Of a DNA stretch of 64,000 nucleotides, positions 42,494-53,664 are shown one piece after another. Made by a program: the position numbers and the translations under genes. Every line of letters starts with the position of its first letter. Position 1 is the stretch's first letter. The notes beneath the pieces are model-generated. The model saw nothing but the letters and a program-made list of their open reading frames with translations, ran no database searches and was not told the origin of the DNA. The stretch is from assembly GCA_021845865.1 (NCBI GenBank), contig JAJZVC010000012.1:29-64028 (forward strand). Reading direction: 5' to 3'. Source of the DNA: Pseudomonadota bacterium. GTDB taxonomy: Bacteria > Pseudomonadota > Gammaproteobacteria > Burkholderiales > UBA9220.

Positions 42494-42712
42494 TTAGGCG
42501 GCGTAGCGGGGCAGGCGCTCGTCGATCACCACGCAGTCGGGAATCGGGCACACTTCCACGCACTGGGCGTCGTCATAGTGGCCGACGCACTCGGTGCACT
42601 TGTCGGCCAGGATGACGAAGGTTCCCTTCTTCTCCAGGATGGCGTCGTTGGGGCACTCGGTTTCGCAGGCGGCGCAGTTGGTGCATTCCTCGGCAACGAT
42701 TTTGTACGGCAT
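42494..42712 (-). CDS. fdxN: 2x[4Fe-4S] ferredoxin FdxN
   Basis: 72 aa, [25 protein letters not shown]...[29 protein letters not shown]. Only the last 72 codons of the 609-aa track ORF are real. Confidence 0.85.
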   Translation of the reverse strand: MPYKIVAEECTNCAACETECPNDAILEKKGTFVILADKCTECVGHYDDAQCVEVCPIPDCVVIDERLPRYAA

Positions 42713-42753
42713 GGTCTTCTCCTTGAATCGAGATGTGAAAATAATTCCGTCCG

Positions 42754-44268
42754 TCAGGCGACGAAAGCTCCCTGGCGCAGCGACCCCTGGCCCCGCTCCA
42801 CCGCCACGGCTTCGCCGCTGCGCAGGCGGGCCAGGTAGCCCTTGAACCAAGCCACCAGGGATTGCTCGATGTACTGGTGGGCGTACTCCTCCACCGCCTC
42901 GATGCCCGCCTGCTCCAGGTCCTTCTTCGGGCACAGGCCGATCTTGGCGACGAACACGGCGGCGCAGTCGTTGATGGCGGAAATCACCGTCTCCAGGGTC
43001 TCTTCCTCGCCGTAGCCGCCCTGGCAGTAGTGGTCCACCCGGCGGTGGCCGACGAACTTGGCGCCGGCGGCCGTCAACTCGAACACCTGGAACTCGCCGG
43101 CGTGGCCGAAGTGCTCGTTGATGCGGCCGCTGCCCTTGGTGGCCACCGCCACCAGCACGTTGGCGTGGCCGGCTTCCTCGGCGAGGCCGGCCAGTTCGGC
43201 CTGCATGGCGGCTTGCTGGTCTTCCCGCTCCTTCTCCACGAAGGCCTGGTAGGCCTTGCGGGCGTCGGCGTCGTAGTTCACTTCCATGGCAGCCACCTTG
43301 TCGGTGGTGAATTCCTGGCTGCGGTCCTCCCCCAGCAGGCCCACCGCGTCGGCGCGGCACTGGCGGCAGTGGCGCATCAGGTTCATATCGCCCTCGCACT
43401 TGTCCTGCAGGGCCTTCAGCTCCTGGGCGGAGGGTCCCCGCTGGCCGGTGAGGCCGTAGTGGGTGCCGTGCTCGGGTTCGGAAATCAGGGGCATGATGTT
43501 GTGGAGGAAGGCGCCGCGGGATTTCACCGCTTGGTTCACCGCCACTAGGTGGTCGTCGTTGACCCCGGGGATCATCACCGAGTTGACCTTCACCAGGATG
43601 CCTTTGGCGGTCAGCATCTCGAGGCCTTCCATCTGGCGCTCGGCGAGTATCTTGGCGGCGTCGCGGCCGGTCCAGCGCTTGTGCTTGTAGAAGATCCAGG
43701 GGTAGATGCGCTCGCCCACCTCCGGATCGGTCATGTTGATGGTGATGGTGACGTGATCCACGTTGAAGTCCTGGATGGTCTGCACGTAGTCGGGCAGGGC
43801 CAGGCCGTTGGTGGACAGGCACAGACGGATATCCGGGGCGCTGCTCTGGATCAGCTGGAAGGTCTTGAAGGTCTTTTCCGGATTGGCCAGGGCGTCGCCG
43901 GGGCCGGCGATGCCCACCACGGTGAGCTGGGGAATTTCCGCCGCCACCGCCAACACCTTTTTCGCCGCCAGTTCCGGGGTCAGCTTCTCGCTCACCACGC
44001 CGGGACGGCTCTCGTTGGAGCAGTCGTACTTGCGGTTGCAGTAATGGCACTGGATATTGCACGCCGGCGCCACCGCCACGTGCATGCGGGCGAAGTGGTG
44101 GTGGGCCTGCTCGCTGTAGCAGGGGTGGTTCTTCACCTTCTCCCACACCTCCGGCGGCAGGTCGCCCTTCCCCGCGGCGGAACCGCAGGATGACTTGCCC
44201 GCGCCACCCGTGGCGCCGCAACCGCCGACGGGCTTGTGCTCGAAAATCGGAATAATCCTGGCTTGCAT
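42754..44268 (-). CDS. nifB: FeMo-cofactor biosynthesis radical-SAM protein NifB
   Basis: ATG 44268 ([13 protein letters not shown]...). [36 protein letters not shown] radical-SAM motif and a C-terminal NifX-like domain. Confidence 0.95.
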   Translation of the reverse strand: MQARIIPIFEHKPVGGCGATGGAGKSSCGSAAGKGDLPPEVWEKVKNHPCYSEQAHHHFARMHVAVAPACNIQCHYCNRKYDCSNESRPGVVSEKLTPELAAKKVLAVAAEIPQLTVVGIAGPGDALANPEKTFKTFQLIQSSAPDIRLCLSTNGLALPDYVQTIQDFNVDHVTITINMTDPEVGERIYPWIFYKHKRWTGRDAAKILAERQMEGLEMLTAKGILVKVNSVMIPGVNDDHLVAVNQAVKSRGAFLHNIMPLISEPEHGTHYGLTGQRGPSAQELKALQDKCEGDMNLMRHCRQCRADAVGLLGEDRSQEFTTDKVAAMEVNYDADARKAYQAFVEKEREDQQAAMQAELAGLAEEAGHANVLVAVATKGSGRINEHFGHAGEFQVFELTAAGAKFVGHRRVDHYCQGGYGEEETLETVISAINDCAAVFVAKIGLCPKKDLEQAGIEAVEEYAHQYIEQSLVAWFKGYLARLRSGEAVAVERGQGSLRQGAFVA

Positions 44269-44308
44269 TGTTGTCGCTCCCGAAATCGTTGCTTCGGCCC
44301 CTGTTCTG

Positions 44309-44323
44309 CAACAACCGTGCCAC
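44309..44323 (-). promoter_or_regulatory. Sigma54 promoter of the nifB operon
   Basis: Minus strand TGGCACGGTTGTTGC, an exact TGGCAC-N5-TTGC. Confidence 0.8.
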
Positions 44324-44390
44324 GGCATAAAAATGTCTGTTTATCCTTTTAACTCAATATCTTGTCAAAAACCAACCGAATAGGATGGCG

Positions 44391-44406
44391 ATGTCGCGAA
44401 CGCAAC
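44391..44406 (-). promoter_or_regulatory. NifA-type UAS 1 (TGT-N10-ACA)
   Basis: TGTCGCGAACGCAACA. Confidence 0.6.
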
Positions 44407-44418
44407 AAAATCTCCTTC

Positions 44419-44434
44419 TTGTCGTCTCCATGAC
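44419..44434 (-). promoter_or_regulatory. NifA-type UAS 2 (TGT-N10-ACA)
   Basis: TGTCGTCTCCATGACA. Confidence 0.6.
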
Positions 44435-44439
44435 AGCGA

Positions 44440-44468
44440 TTTGACAAGACTTCGCCAAGTGCTTAAAG
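44440..44468 (+). promoter_or_regulatory. Candidate sigma70 promoter for speD
   Basis: TTGACA-N17-TAAAGT. It would give a leader of about 235 nt. Confidence 0.4.
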
Positions 44469-44711
44469 TTACGGGCTTTTCTACGATCCGACAGCCATGC
44501 GTAAGCAACGGATTTAGAAAAGAAAACCGGGAACGGCCCAGTCCTTCCCAGGCCAAGCGGCAGGCGCCGGCTTCCGGCTTTCCTGCTCACGGCCACCGGC
44601 TCCCCGCGGGGAGTGTACGTTTTGGCGGGTGCGAACCCCGCTGGGGCGGTCGAGGCTGAGATGCCTCGTCGCAGTCGTTTCTTGCTCCCCGGAGCTTTAG
44701 GAGGGTAAACG

Positions 44712-45110
44712 ATGGCGCATAATGCGGTGGTTTCTCTGCGGCCTGAAAAGGCCAATGTTGGTCTTCATCTGCTTGGCGACTTGTACGAGTGCCAGGGCGA
44801 CGGCAAGTTCTTTTTCGACGCCTCGGCCCTGCGCGACGCCTGCATCGAACTGGTCGGCGAAGCCGGGCTGACGGCGGTGGGCGATTTCTTCCATCAGTTC
44901 GGCGACGACGGCGGCGTCACCGGCACCGTGGTCCTGGCCGAGTCTCATCTCGCCATCCACACCTGGCCGGAAAAACGTTACGTCACCCTCGACGTCTATG
45001 TCTGCAACTACACCAGCAACAACCGCTCCAAGGCGCGGCAGCTGTTCAATGCCGTGGTGGAACTGTTCCGCCCGGCGAACCCCCACATCCGCTCCGTGGA
45101 CCGGGAATAG
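44712..45110 (+). CDS. speD: S-adenosylmethionine decarboxylase proenzyme (small pyruvoyl type)
   Basis: 132 aa with LLGDLYEC and self-cleavage context VVLAESHLAIHTWPE. AGGAGGG RBS. Confidence 0.85.
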   Translation: MAHNAVVSLRPEKANVGLHLLGDLYECQGDGKFFFDASALRDACIELVGEAGLTAVGDFFHQFGDDGGVTGTVVLAESHLAIHTWPEKRYVTLDVYVCNYTSNNRSKARQLFNAVVELFRPANPHIRSVDRE

Positions 45111-45113
45111 CTT

Positions 45114-46076
45114 GTGAGCCCGTCTTCGCCCTATAGCCGCTACATCGTCGAACAGCTCAACGACAACTACGGCTACTACCTGCGGGCCACGGAGCCCATC
45201 GAGGCGGGACGCACCCGCTTCCAGGACATGGAAGTGTTCGACACCCCCATGTTCGGGCGCATGCTGCGCCTGGACCGGGTGTTCATGACCTCGGAGAAGG
45301 ACGAATTCTTCTACCACGAGAACATCGTCCATCCCTCCGCCATCGCCCACCCTGGTCCGAAAACCGCCCTGGTGGTCGGTGGCGGCGACGGCGGCTCGGC
45401 GGAGGAATTGCTCAAGCACCCGTCCATGGAAAAGGTGGTCATCGCCGAACTGGACGGCGGCGTGGTGGAAGCCGCCAGGAAGCACCTCGCCGCCATTCAC
45501 CGGGGTGCCTTCGACGACCCGCGGGTGGCGGTGCGCATCATGGACGGCAAGGCCTACATCGAGGAGACGGAAGACCGCTTCGACTTGGTCGTGCTCGACC
45601 TCACCGACCCCCACGGCCCGTCCCAGGCCCTGTACACGCGGGAGTTCTATGCCGCCTGCCGCCAGGTCCTGGCCCCCGGCGGGCTCCTCTCCCTCCATGT
45701 GGAATCTCCCATTTCCCGGCCGGAAACCTACCTGCGCATCGTCAAGACCCTGCAGGCGGTGTTCCCCATCGTCCGTCCCTACCTGGTCTATATCCCCCTC
45801 TACGGCACCTGGTGGGGCATGGTCTCGGCCTCGGTGGACACGGACCCGACGGCCCTGGCGGAAGAGGAAGTGGAACGGCGCATCCGGGAGCGCCGTCTCG
45901 GCCATCTGCAATACTACAACGGCGCCACCCACCGGGCGGTGTTCGCCCTGCCCAATTTCGTCCGGGACTTGCTGGCGCGGCCCGCCGAGCTCATCACCGC
46001 CGACTCCCCGCCCATCGAGGACAACATCGGCCTCAACCGGGACACCGAGCTGGTGCTGGCGCCTAAGGCGCCGTAG
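45114..46076 (+). CDS. speE: Spermidine synthase-like polyamine aminopropyltransferase
   Basis: GTG start 4 nt after speD. FYHENIVHPS, VVGGGDGGSAEELLKH, VVLDLTDPHGP. Confidence 0.85.
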   Translation: MSPSSPYSRYIVEQLNDNYGYYLRATEPIEAGRTRFQDMEVFDTPMFGRMLRLDRVFMTSEKDEFFYHENIVHPSAIAHPGPKTALVVGGGDGGSAEELLKHPSMEKVVIAELDGGVVEAARKHLAAIHRGAFDDPRVAVRIMDGKAYIEETEDRFDLVVLDLTDPHGPSQALYTREFYAACRQVLAPGGLLSLHVESPISRPETYLRIVKTLQAVFPIVRPYLVYIPLYGTWWGMVSASVDTDPTALAEEEVERRIRERRLGHLQYYNGATHRAVFALPNFVRDLLARPAELITADSPPIEDNIGLNRDTELVLAPKAP

Positions 46077-46413
46077 CCCCGGGGACGGTCGCCGGCGCGC
46101 CGCGGTTCAGCATCGCCTGGCGCCGCTGTTCGAAACCCGCTTCCCGGGCCGCCTTGGCCCGCTCCACATAGCCGCCCACTTCCGCCCAGGTAATCTCTCC
46201 ATCCTGGTTGGCGTCCAAGTCGGCGAAGCGCTGGGCGGCGAAGGGCATGGCGGCGGCCTCCTCCTTGCTCAGGCTGCCGCTGCCGTCCTTGTCCGCCGCC
46301 ACGAACTCCGCCCGCAGACGGTCGGCGAACAGCGTCCGGCGCTGGTCGAATCCATCCCGTGCCGCGGCGGAAAACGCCAGCGCCGACAACAACAGCCACC
46401 ATCCAGTTTTCAT
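46063..46413 (-). CDS. Secreted EF-hand calcium-binding protein
   Basis: MKTGWWLLLSALAFSAAA signal peptide. EF loops DKDGSGSLSKEE and DANQDGEITWAE. GGAGGA RBS. Confidence 0.75.
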   Translation of the reverse strand: MKTGWWLLLSALAFSAAARDGFDQRRTLFADRLRAEFVAADKDGSGSLSKEEAAAMPFAAQRFADLDANQDGEITWAEVGGYVERAKAAREAGFEQRRQAMLNRGAPATVPGATAP

Positions 46414-46549
46414 CGTCGTTCCTCCGGCGGCTATTTTGCATCGCCCAGCCACCGCCGCGCTAATTTTCATCGTTCATTCCCCCTTCCAGCCCGGAAATAT
46501 TCCGTTAGAATGTCCCTGCTGACATAACAACTTTAACGAGAGGGGAAAC

Positions 46550-46927
46550 ATGAGCAAGCAAATCGTGGCCGTGGTCGGCCTGGGCCGTGTTGGCGGCGCC
46601 TTCCTGGAGGAACTGATGTGCGTGGTGGACAAGGGGATCAAGGTCGCCTACGCCGTCGAGCAGAACGACACCCCCGCCCGCAAGGTGGCGGAAACCTACC
46701 ATGTCCAAATCGTGACCATCGACCAGCTGATCGCGGAAGGCGAGAAAGTGGACGTGATCTTCGACCTCACCGGCAGCGCGGACGTGCGCAAGGAACTGCG
46801 GGAGAAGCTCCACTCCTCCGGCAACCGTCATACCGTCATCGCCCCGGAAAGCATCGCCCGCATGGTGTGGGCGCTGATGGCGGACGACAAGGTCCTGCCC
46901 GAGGCCCACGGCAAGAAAGGCTACTGA
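46550..46927 (+). CDS. Small Rossmann-like protein (stand-alone NAD(P)-binding-type N-terminal domain)
   Basis: MSKQIVAVVGLGRVGGAFLEEL glycine-rich start. Only 125 aa. Confidence 0.55.
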   Translation: MSKQIVAVVGLGRVGGAFLEELMCVVDKGIKVAYAVEQNDTPARKVAETYHVQIVTIDQLIAEGEKVDVIFDLTGSADVRKELREKLHSSGNRHTVIAPESIARMVWALMADDKVLPEAHGKKGY

Positions 46928-46962
46928 CCTTTCCCTTCCCGGCGCATCATGCGCCGGGAGGC

Positions 46963-47196
46963 TTACAGCCCCACCGCTTCGGCGTGGACGCCCTGCTCGG
47001 CGAAACGCTCCATGATGCGGGCGCGGCTGGTGCAGGCGGGGTTGTAGGCCACCAGCATCAGGTGGGAGTCCTTGCGGGACACGCTGGCCGACACCACGCA
47101 GGGGTCGGCGCGCACCCACTCCTCCAGCACGCCCATCCGCCCCGCCTGCAAATCCTCATCCACGTGAACCAGGAAATCGGCAATGGAAATGTCCAT
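46963..47196 (-). CDS. Hypothetical 77-aa protein
   Basis: ATG 47196 with AAAGGAGG RBS. MDISIADFLVHVDEDLQAGRMGVLEEWV... Confidence 0.5.
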   Translation of the reverse strand: MDISIADFLVHVDEDLQAGRMGVLEEWVRADPCVVSASVSRKDSHLMLVAYNPACTSRARIMERFAEQGVHAEAVGL

Positions 47197-47276
47197 GACG
47201 CACCTCCTTTCCATTCCTTTGGTTTTTTCACGCTAGCATATCCTGCCCGGATTGCCAGGCCGCTTTCCAGCCCCCC

Positions 47277-48146
47277 TCAGGCAGCCCCCTGCCGACGCTT
47301 CCACCACCATGCCACGACGCTGGCAAAGGCGGTTCCCAGCCCGCCAAGGAGCCACTGCCAGTATTTCTCCCAATAAGTGTCCAGCAGCCACCACCACGTC
47401 ACCTCCACATCGATGCGCTTGTCCAGGGGCGGGGCGATGACGCCACGCCCGGCCAGTTCCTGGGGCAGGACGATATCGAGGGAGAGATAAAGGGGCAGCT
47501 TGTGGCCCGGGCGCTTCGGCGTCACCTCCCACGCCCAATGGGTACGCTCCACGGCGCTGATCGGCTGGACCTCCTCCGTCACCGGCGTGATGGTGAAATC
47601 GTCTCCCTTGAGGGTCGCCCGCATTTTCGACGAGACCTTCACCACGCCCGACTCCACCGTGTCTCCGGGCTGGGTGGCTCTCAGCGCCGAGGCCAGGTCC
47701 GCGGCCAGTTGTTGCGACGAGACCCGGGGATCGAGCCAGAAATGGACGGTGACCGGCTTGGCCACCTTGATGGGAGAAGGAACGTTGAAGGCGTAGGAGG
47801 CCCGGCGGAGTTCCGCGAGATAGGCATCCATGCGTTCCGTCAGAGTAGCTCCGCCATCAGGCGCGGGAGGCGGCTCAGCGCCTGGCTGGCCTTCCCCGGC
47901 AACGCCTTCTGCGGCGGATGCCGGACCCCGACCGGGCTTGGCCGCCTCTCCCCTCCGCGCGGCATCGCCACTCGCTGCCGCCTTCTCCTCTTTCGCCCGC
48001 GCCTCTTCCGCGACAGCTTTCGCCTGCTCCGAGGCGACGATCTTTTCCGCTTCCGCAGGAGCCGGCGCCGCTGCCTCCTCCTTGGCGCTACAGCCCACCA
48101 GCGCCCAAACCAACACTGCCGCCATGCCTGCTTGCCCTATCCTCAT
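47277..48146 (-). CDS. Lipoprotein with Ala/Glu-rich linker and Trp-rich C-terminal hydrophobic anchor
   Basis: MRIGQAGMAAVLVWALVGC lipobox. C-terminus VEVTWWWLLDTYWEKYWQWLLGGLGTAFASVVAWWWKRR. Confidence 0.65.
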   Translation of the reverse strand: MRIGQAGMAAVLVWALVGCSAKEEAAAPAPAEAEKIVASEQAKAVAEEARAKEEKAAASGDAARRGEAAKPGRGPASAAEGVAGEGQPGAEPPPAPDGGATLTERMDAYLAELRRASYAFNVPSPIKVAKPVTVHFWLDPRVSSQQLAADLASALRATQPGDTVESGVVKVSSKMRATLKGDDFTITPVTEEVQPISAVERTHWAWEVTPKRPGHKLPLYLSLDIVLPQELAGRGVIAPPLDKRIDVEVTWWWLLDTYWEKYWQWLLGGLGTAFASVVAWWWKRRQGAA

Positions 48147-48239
48147 GATCCCTCCCGAACGGTCTGGCCGAGGATCAGCATTCGGCAAAAGTAGAATTAT
48201 TCTAGCAGCATAACTTAGCCGCTGCGGCTAAAGGCAAGG

Positions 48240-49412
48240 CTAGCTCCCCAACCCCCGCGCCAAATCCCTCTGAATGTCCGCCACCGCCTCGAGCCCGACG
48301 GAAATGCGCAGCAGCCCCTCGCCGACGCCCATCTCGGCCCGCCGCTCGGGCGCAAGGCGCCCGTGGGTGGTGGTGGCGGGATGGGTGAGGGTGGTCTTGG
48401 CATCCCCCAGGTTGGCGGTAATGGACAGCAGGCGGCAGGCATCCACCACCCGCCACGCGGCCTCCCTCCCGCCCCTCACCTCGAAGGACACGATGCCGCC
48501 GCCGCTCTTCTGCTGCCTCATGGCCAGTTCGTGCTGGGGGTGGGACGGCAGGCCGGGATAGAGGACCCGCGCCACCTGGGGCTGGGCCTCCAGCCAGTTG
48601 GCCAGTTCCAAGGCGTTGCGGGAATGGGCTTCCATGCGCAGCTTGAGGGTTTCCAGCCCCTTGGCGATGACCCAGGCGTTGAAGGCGCTCAGGGTCGGCC
48701 CGGCGGTGCGGAGGAAACCGAACACCGGCTCCATCAGTTCCTTGCGCCCCAGGACCGCGCCGCCCAGCACCCTGCCCTGGCCATCCAGGTATTTGGTGGC
48801 GGAGTGGATGACGATGTCCGCCCCCAGTTCCAGGGGCCGTTGCAGAATGGGGGTGCAGAAGCAGTTGTCCACGGCGAGCCAGGCCCCCGCCTCCTTGGCG
48901 ATGGCGGCCAGGGCGGCGATGTCGCAAATTTCCGTCAGGGGGTTGGAGGGCGTCTCGGTGAACAGCAGCTTGGTGTTGGGGCGCAGCGCCGCTTTCCACT
49001 CGGCGGGGACGGTGGGGGAAACGAAAGTCGTCTCCACCCCGAAACGGGCCAGGATGTTGGTGAACAGCTGCACCGTGGCGCCGAACAGGCCCCGGGAGGC
49101 GACGATATGGTCGCCGGCGGACAGCAGCCCCATCACCGTGGCGAGGATGGCCGACATGCCGGAAGCGGTGGCGACGCAGCGCTCCGCGCCCTCCAGGGCC
49201 GCCAGCCGTTCCTCCAGCACCTTTACCGTGGGATTGGTGAAGCGCGAATAGACGTTGCCCGGCTCCGCGCCGGAAAAGCGCGCCGCCGCCTCGGCGGCGC
49301 TGCCGAAAACGAAGCTGGAGGTCAGATACAGCGCCTCGGAGTGTTCGCCGAACTGGCTGCGCTCGATGCCTGCCCGCACCGCCAGGGTTTCCAAATCCCA
49401 ATCGTTGTCCAT
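48240..49412 (-). CDS. metZ: O-succinylhomoserine sulfhydrylase
   Basis: 390 aa PLP Cys/Met-metabolism enzyme with AEPGNVYSRFTNPTV and HSATKYLDGQG. Position after purF as in other betaproteobacteria. Confidence 0.85.
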   Translation of the reverse strand: MDNDWDLETLAVRAGIERSQFGEHSEALYLTSSFVFGSAAEAAARFSGAEPGNVYSRFTNPTVKVLEERLAALEGAERCVATASGMSAILATVMGLLSAGDHIVASRGLFGATVQLFTNILARFGVETTFVSPTVPAEWKAALRPNTKLLFTETPSNPLTEICDIAALAAIAKEAGAWLAVDNCFCTPILQRPLELGADIVIHSATKYLDGQGRVLGGAVLGRKELMEPVFGFLRTAGPTLSAFNAWVIAKGLETLKLRMEAHSRNALELANWLEAQPQVARVLYPGLPSHPQHELAMRQQKSGGGIVSFEVRGGREAAWRVVDACRLLSITANLGDAKTTLTHPATTTHGRLAPERRAEMGVGEGLLRISVGLEAVADIQRDLARGLGS

Positions 49413-49447
49413 TTTCAGTCCTATCCTGTGTGTCCCGCAGACGCGAA

Positions 49448-49480
49448 AAAACCCGGTCAGCTCGCGCTAAACCGGGTTTT
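49448..49480 (-). terminator. Terminator-like hairpin in the metZ leader
   Basis: Minus strand ACCCGGT-loop-ACCGGGT followed by TTTTTT, only about 35 nt upstream of the metZ ATG. Confidence 0.55.
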
Positions 49481-49499
49481 GACCACGCTTTAGCGGTAT

Positions 49500-49528
49500 T
49501 TATAACGCGCCCGCAAGCTGATGTTCAA
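49500..49528 (-). promoter_or_regulatory. Candidate sigma70 promoter between purF and metZ
   Basis: Minus strand TTGAAC-N17-TTATAA. Confidence 0.4.
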
Positions 49529-49568
49529 ATCGGCGCCCTTGAAACTTACCCCGCCCGGGGGCCGGCTG

Positions 49569-51095
<1,527 letters not shown>

Positions 51096-51140
51096 ATTCC
51101 GCTCACACTCAGGTCAAAAGAAAATCAATCCGGCGCCCCG

Positions 51141-51632
51141 TCAGTCGAAACGGATGCGCCGCGCAAAATCCGGCGGCAGCCACACCTTCAGGTTCGTCAC
51201 CATCGCCTCCAGGGGCGGGCTGAACATGGCGTTCTGCCAGGCAGGCTGACGGGGCAGGGTGGTCATCCCCCCCAGCATCACCAGCACGCACACCACCAGC
51301 ACGCCTCGCGCCAGGCCGAACACCGCGCCCAGGCCCTTGTCCAGGGGAGCCAGGCCCAGGGTGCTCACCAATTCGGCGGCGGCGATGGCCACCAGGCTCA
51401 TCAGCAGCAGGGAAGCGAAAAACAGCCCCGCGAAAGCCGCCAGCAGGCGCACCGTCTCGCCCGGCACGTCCTTGGGCAGCATCAGGGCCACATCCGGGCC
51501 GAAAGTGCTGGCGATCCAGAACGCCACCACCCAGGACAACAGGGCCAGTACCTCCTTCACCACGCCCCGCAGCACGCTCAGCAGCACGGAAACGCCGATG
51601 ACCGCCAAGACTGCGTAGTCGAATACCGTCAT
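51141..51632 (-). CDS. cvpA: Colicin V production membrane protein CvpA
   Basis: 163 aa with four TM helices. Conserved position upstream of purF. Confidence 0.85.
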   Translation of the reverse strand: MTVFDYAVLAVIGVSVLLSVLRGVVKEVLALLSWVVAFWIASTFGPDVALMLPKDVPGETVRLLAAFAGLFFASLLLMSLVAIAAAELVSTLGLAPLDKGLGAVFGLARGVLVVCVLVMLGGMTTLPRQPAWQNAMFSPPLEAMVTNLKVWLPPDFARRIRFD

Positions 51633-51671
51633 GCTTGAATGCGCTCCCGGAGGCTCACTCCGTCAGAACGT

Positions 51672-52397
51672 CTATTTGGGGACGACCTTGCCATCAAGGC
51701 CGAGCTGCTTGATCTTGGCCAGCGCCTTGTCCGCCTCCTCGCGGCTGGCGTAGGGGCCCGCCCGCACCCGCGTCCGCTCGCCGGACGCGGTTTTCAGGGT
51801 GTCGGTGTAAGCCTTGATATGGTTGGCGCTCAACTTGGCCTGCAACTGCTTGGCATTCTCGGCATTGGAGAAGGCCCCCAGTTGCACGACATAAGCACCG
51901 GCCAGGGGCTTCGCCTCCTTGTCCGTCTTGGCCGCTTTCGGCGCCTCGGCGGGCTTCTTCTCCACCGCCTTGGCCGGAGCCTTTTCCGCCGCCTTCTCGG
52001 GCGTTTTCGGCATTTCCTTGGCAGCGGGTTTTTCCACCGGCTTCACCGGGGCTTTTTCGACAGGCTTTTCAGCAGGTTTATCGGCGGGCTTCGCCACCGG
52101 CTTTTCCGCCGCTTCGGCGGGTTTTTCGGCTGCCGCCGCGACGGGAGGTTTCGGCGCCTCGGCAACGGGAGGAGTCGTGGATTGAGGCACGGTCGGCACA
52201 ACGCGGGAAGCGAAACCGCTGTCGTCCTGTTTGGGAATATCGATGGCGATATCCTGGGTGCCGGCGGGCTTGGGCTTGCTATCCAGCACCATCGGCAGGA
52301 CGGCGGAGACCAACAGGACCAGGGCGATGGCCCCCACCAAACGGCGGCGGGCCTTGCCACGCAATTGAATTTCTTCGTCGCTAAGAGATTGAGCCAT
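51672..52397 (-). CDS. SPOR-domain cell-division protein (DedD-like)
   Basis: N-terminal TM helix, Pro/Ala/Lys/Glu-rich linker, C-terminal SPOR (YVVQLGAFSNAENAKQLQAKL...RVRAGPYASREEADKAL). Confidence 0.8.
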   Translation of the reverse strand: MAQSLSDEEIQLRGKARRRLVGAIALVLLVSAVLPMVLDSKPKPAGTQDIAIDIPKQDDSGFASRVVPTVPQSTTPPVAEAPKPPVAAAAEKPAEAAEKPVAKPADKPAEKPVEKAPVKPVEKPAAKEMPKTPEKAAEKAPAKAVEKKPAEAPKAAKTDKEAKPLAGAYVVQLGAFSNAENAKQLQAKLSANHIKAYTDTLKTASGERTRVRAGPYASREEADKALAKIKQLGLDGKVVPK

Positions 52398-53664
52398 GTT
52401 CTGTCACCCCGGCACGCAGAGCCAGGACCGCCGCCGCCGTGTAAAAGGAGCCGAAGGCGGCTATTCTATCACCTTCCCCCGCCAGTTCACAGGCACGCCG
52501 ATAGGCCTCCGCCACGGAGCCGCAGAGTTCCACCGGCGCCCGCGTCCCCGTTTTCGTCAGCGCCTCGGCCAGGGCCTCGGCAGACGCGCCCCGGGGAACA
52601 TCCAGCCCCGCCACCAGCCAATGGTCCACTTCCCCTTTCAGCGCCGCCGCCACGCCGGCGACATCCTTATCCCCCAGCATGGCGAAGACGGCCAGGGTCC
52701 TGCCCGCGCCCCTCTCCCGCCCCAGATTGTCCGCCAGGGCGGTGGCGGACTGGGGGTTGTGGGCCACGTCGACGATGCACGGCGGCTTTCCCGGCAAAAG
52801 CTGGAAGCGCCCGGCCACCCGGGCCGCCCGCAGACCATCGGCGATGGCCTCCTCCCCCACCGGCAAGCCCTTGGCCAGCGCATCCAGAGCCGCCAGGGCC
52901 GCCGCCGCGTTGTTCAGCTGGAAAGCCCCCGCCAGCGCGGGGCGAGGCAGGCTCTTGCGCCGGGCCGCAGGGCTGGCGTAATCCCAGGTTCCACCGCCGC
53001 TCTGGCAGGAAAACTCGCGGCCGATGCGCCACAACTTGGCGCCGATGGCTTCGGCATGCCGCACGAGGCTGGCCGGCGGTTCCGGGTCGGCGCAGATGGC
53101 GGGCCGATTGGCGCGGTAAATGCCCGCCTTCTCGAAGCCGATGCTTTCCCGGTCGTCCCCCAGGTAATCGGTGTGGTCGATGGCCACCCCGGTGACCACG
53201 GCGCAGTCGGGATCGAAAACGTTCACCGCGTCCAGGCGCCCTCCCAGGCCCACCTCCAGCACGGCGACATCCACGTCCTGCCGCATGAAGTGCCACATGG
53301 CCGCCAGGGTGCCGAACTCGAAATAGGTCAGGGCGGTCTCCCCCCTGGCCGCCTCCACCGCCGCGAAGGCACGGCACAGGGCGCCGTCGTCCGCCTCCCG
53401 GCCGGCGACGCGGACCCGCTCGTTGTAGCGCAGCAAATGAGGGGAAGTGTAAAGACCGACGCGGTAGCCGGCGGCGGCGAGAATGGCCTCCAGGAAGGCG
53501 CAGGTGGAACCCTTGCCGTTGGTGCCGCCGACGGTAACGAGGGGAAAAGCGGGCTCCAGCCCCAACCGGGATTTCACCGCCGCGACCCGCTCCAGGCCGA
53601 GATCGATGGTCTTGGGGTGGAGGCCTTCCAGGTAGGAAAGCCAGCCCGCCAGGGTATCAGGCAT
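52381..53664 (-). CDS. folC: Bifunctional folylpolyglutamate synthase / dihydrofolate synthase
   Basis: 427 aa with [11 protein letters not shown]-loop. Position between accD and the SPOR gene. Confidence 0.9.
   Translation of the reverse strand: MPDTLAGWLSYLEGLHPKTIDLGLERVAAVKSRLGLEPAFPLVTVGGTNGKGSTCAFLEAILAAAGYRVGLYTSPHLLRYNERVRVAGREADDGALCRAFAAVEAARGETALTYFEFGTLAAMWHFMRQDVDVAVLEVGLGGRLDAVNVFDPDCAVVTGVAIDHTDYLGDDRESIGFEKAGIYRANRPAICADPEPPASLVRHAEAIGAKLWRIGREFSCQSGGGTWDYASPAARRKSLPRPALAGAFQLNNAAAALAALDALAKGLPVGEEAIADGLRAARVAGRFQLLPGKPPCIVDVAHNPQSATALADNLGRERGAGRTLAVFAMLGDKDVAGVAAALKGEVDHWLVAGLDVPRGASAEALAEALTKTGTRAPVELCGSVAEAYRRACELAGEGDRIAAFGSFYTAAAVLALRAGVTEHGSIS

Noticed and set aside
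42494-44323. 609-aa minus-strand ORF spanning nifB in another frame
   Set aside because: Only its last 72 codons (42494-42712) are a real gene (fdxN, with its own RBS). The rest is an Arg/Gly/Pro-rich alternative frame of nifB.
44652-44667. GAGGC-TGAGAT-GCCTC hairpin containing CTGAGA, reminiscent of the TPP riboswitch core
   Set aside because: The other conserved TPP-riboswitch segments (for example the ACCTGATCTGGATAATGCCAGCG-type pyrimidine sensor helix) are not present around it, and the downstream gene is speD.
44354-44755. 133-aa minus-strand ORF across the nifB-speD intergenic region
   Set aside because: It covers the nifB UAS sites and the speD leader, has no RBS and has a non-protein-like composition.
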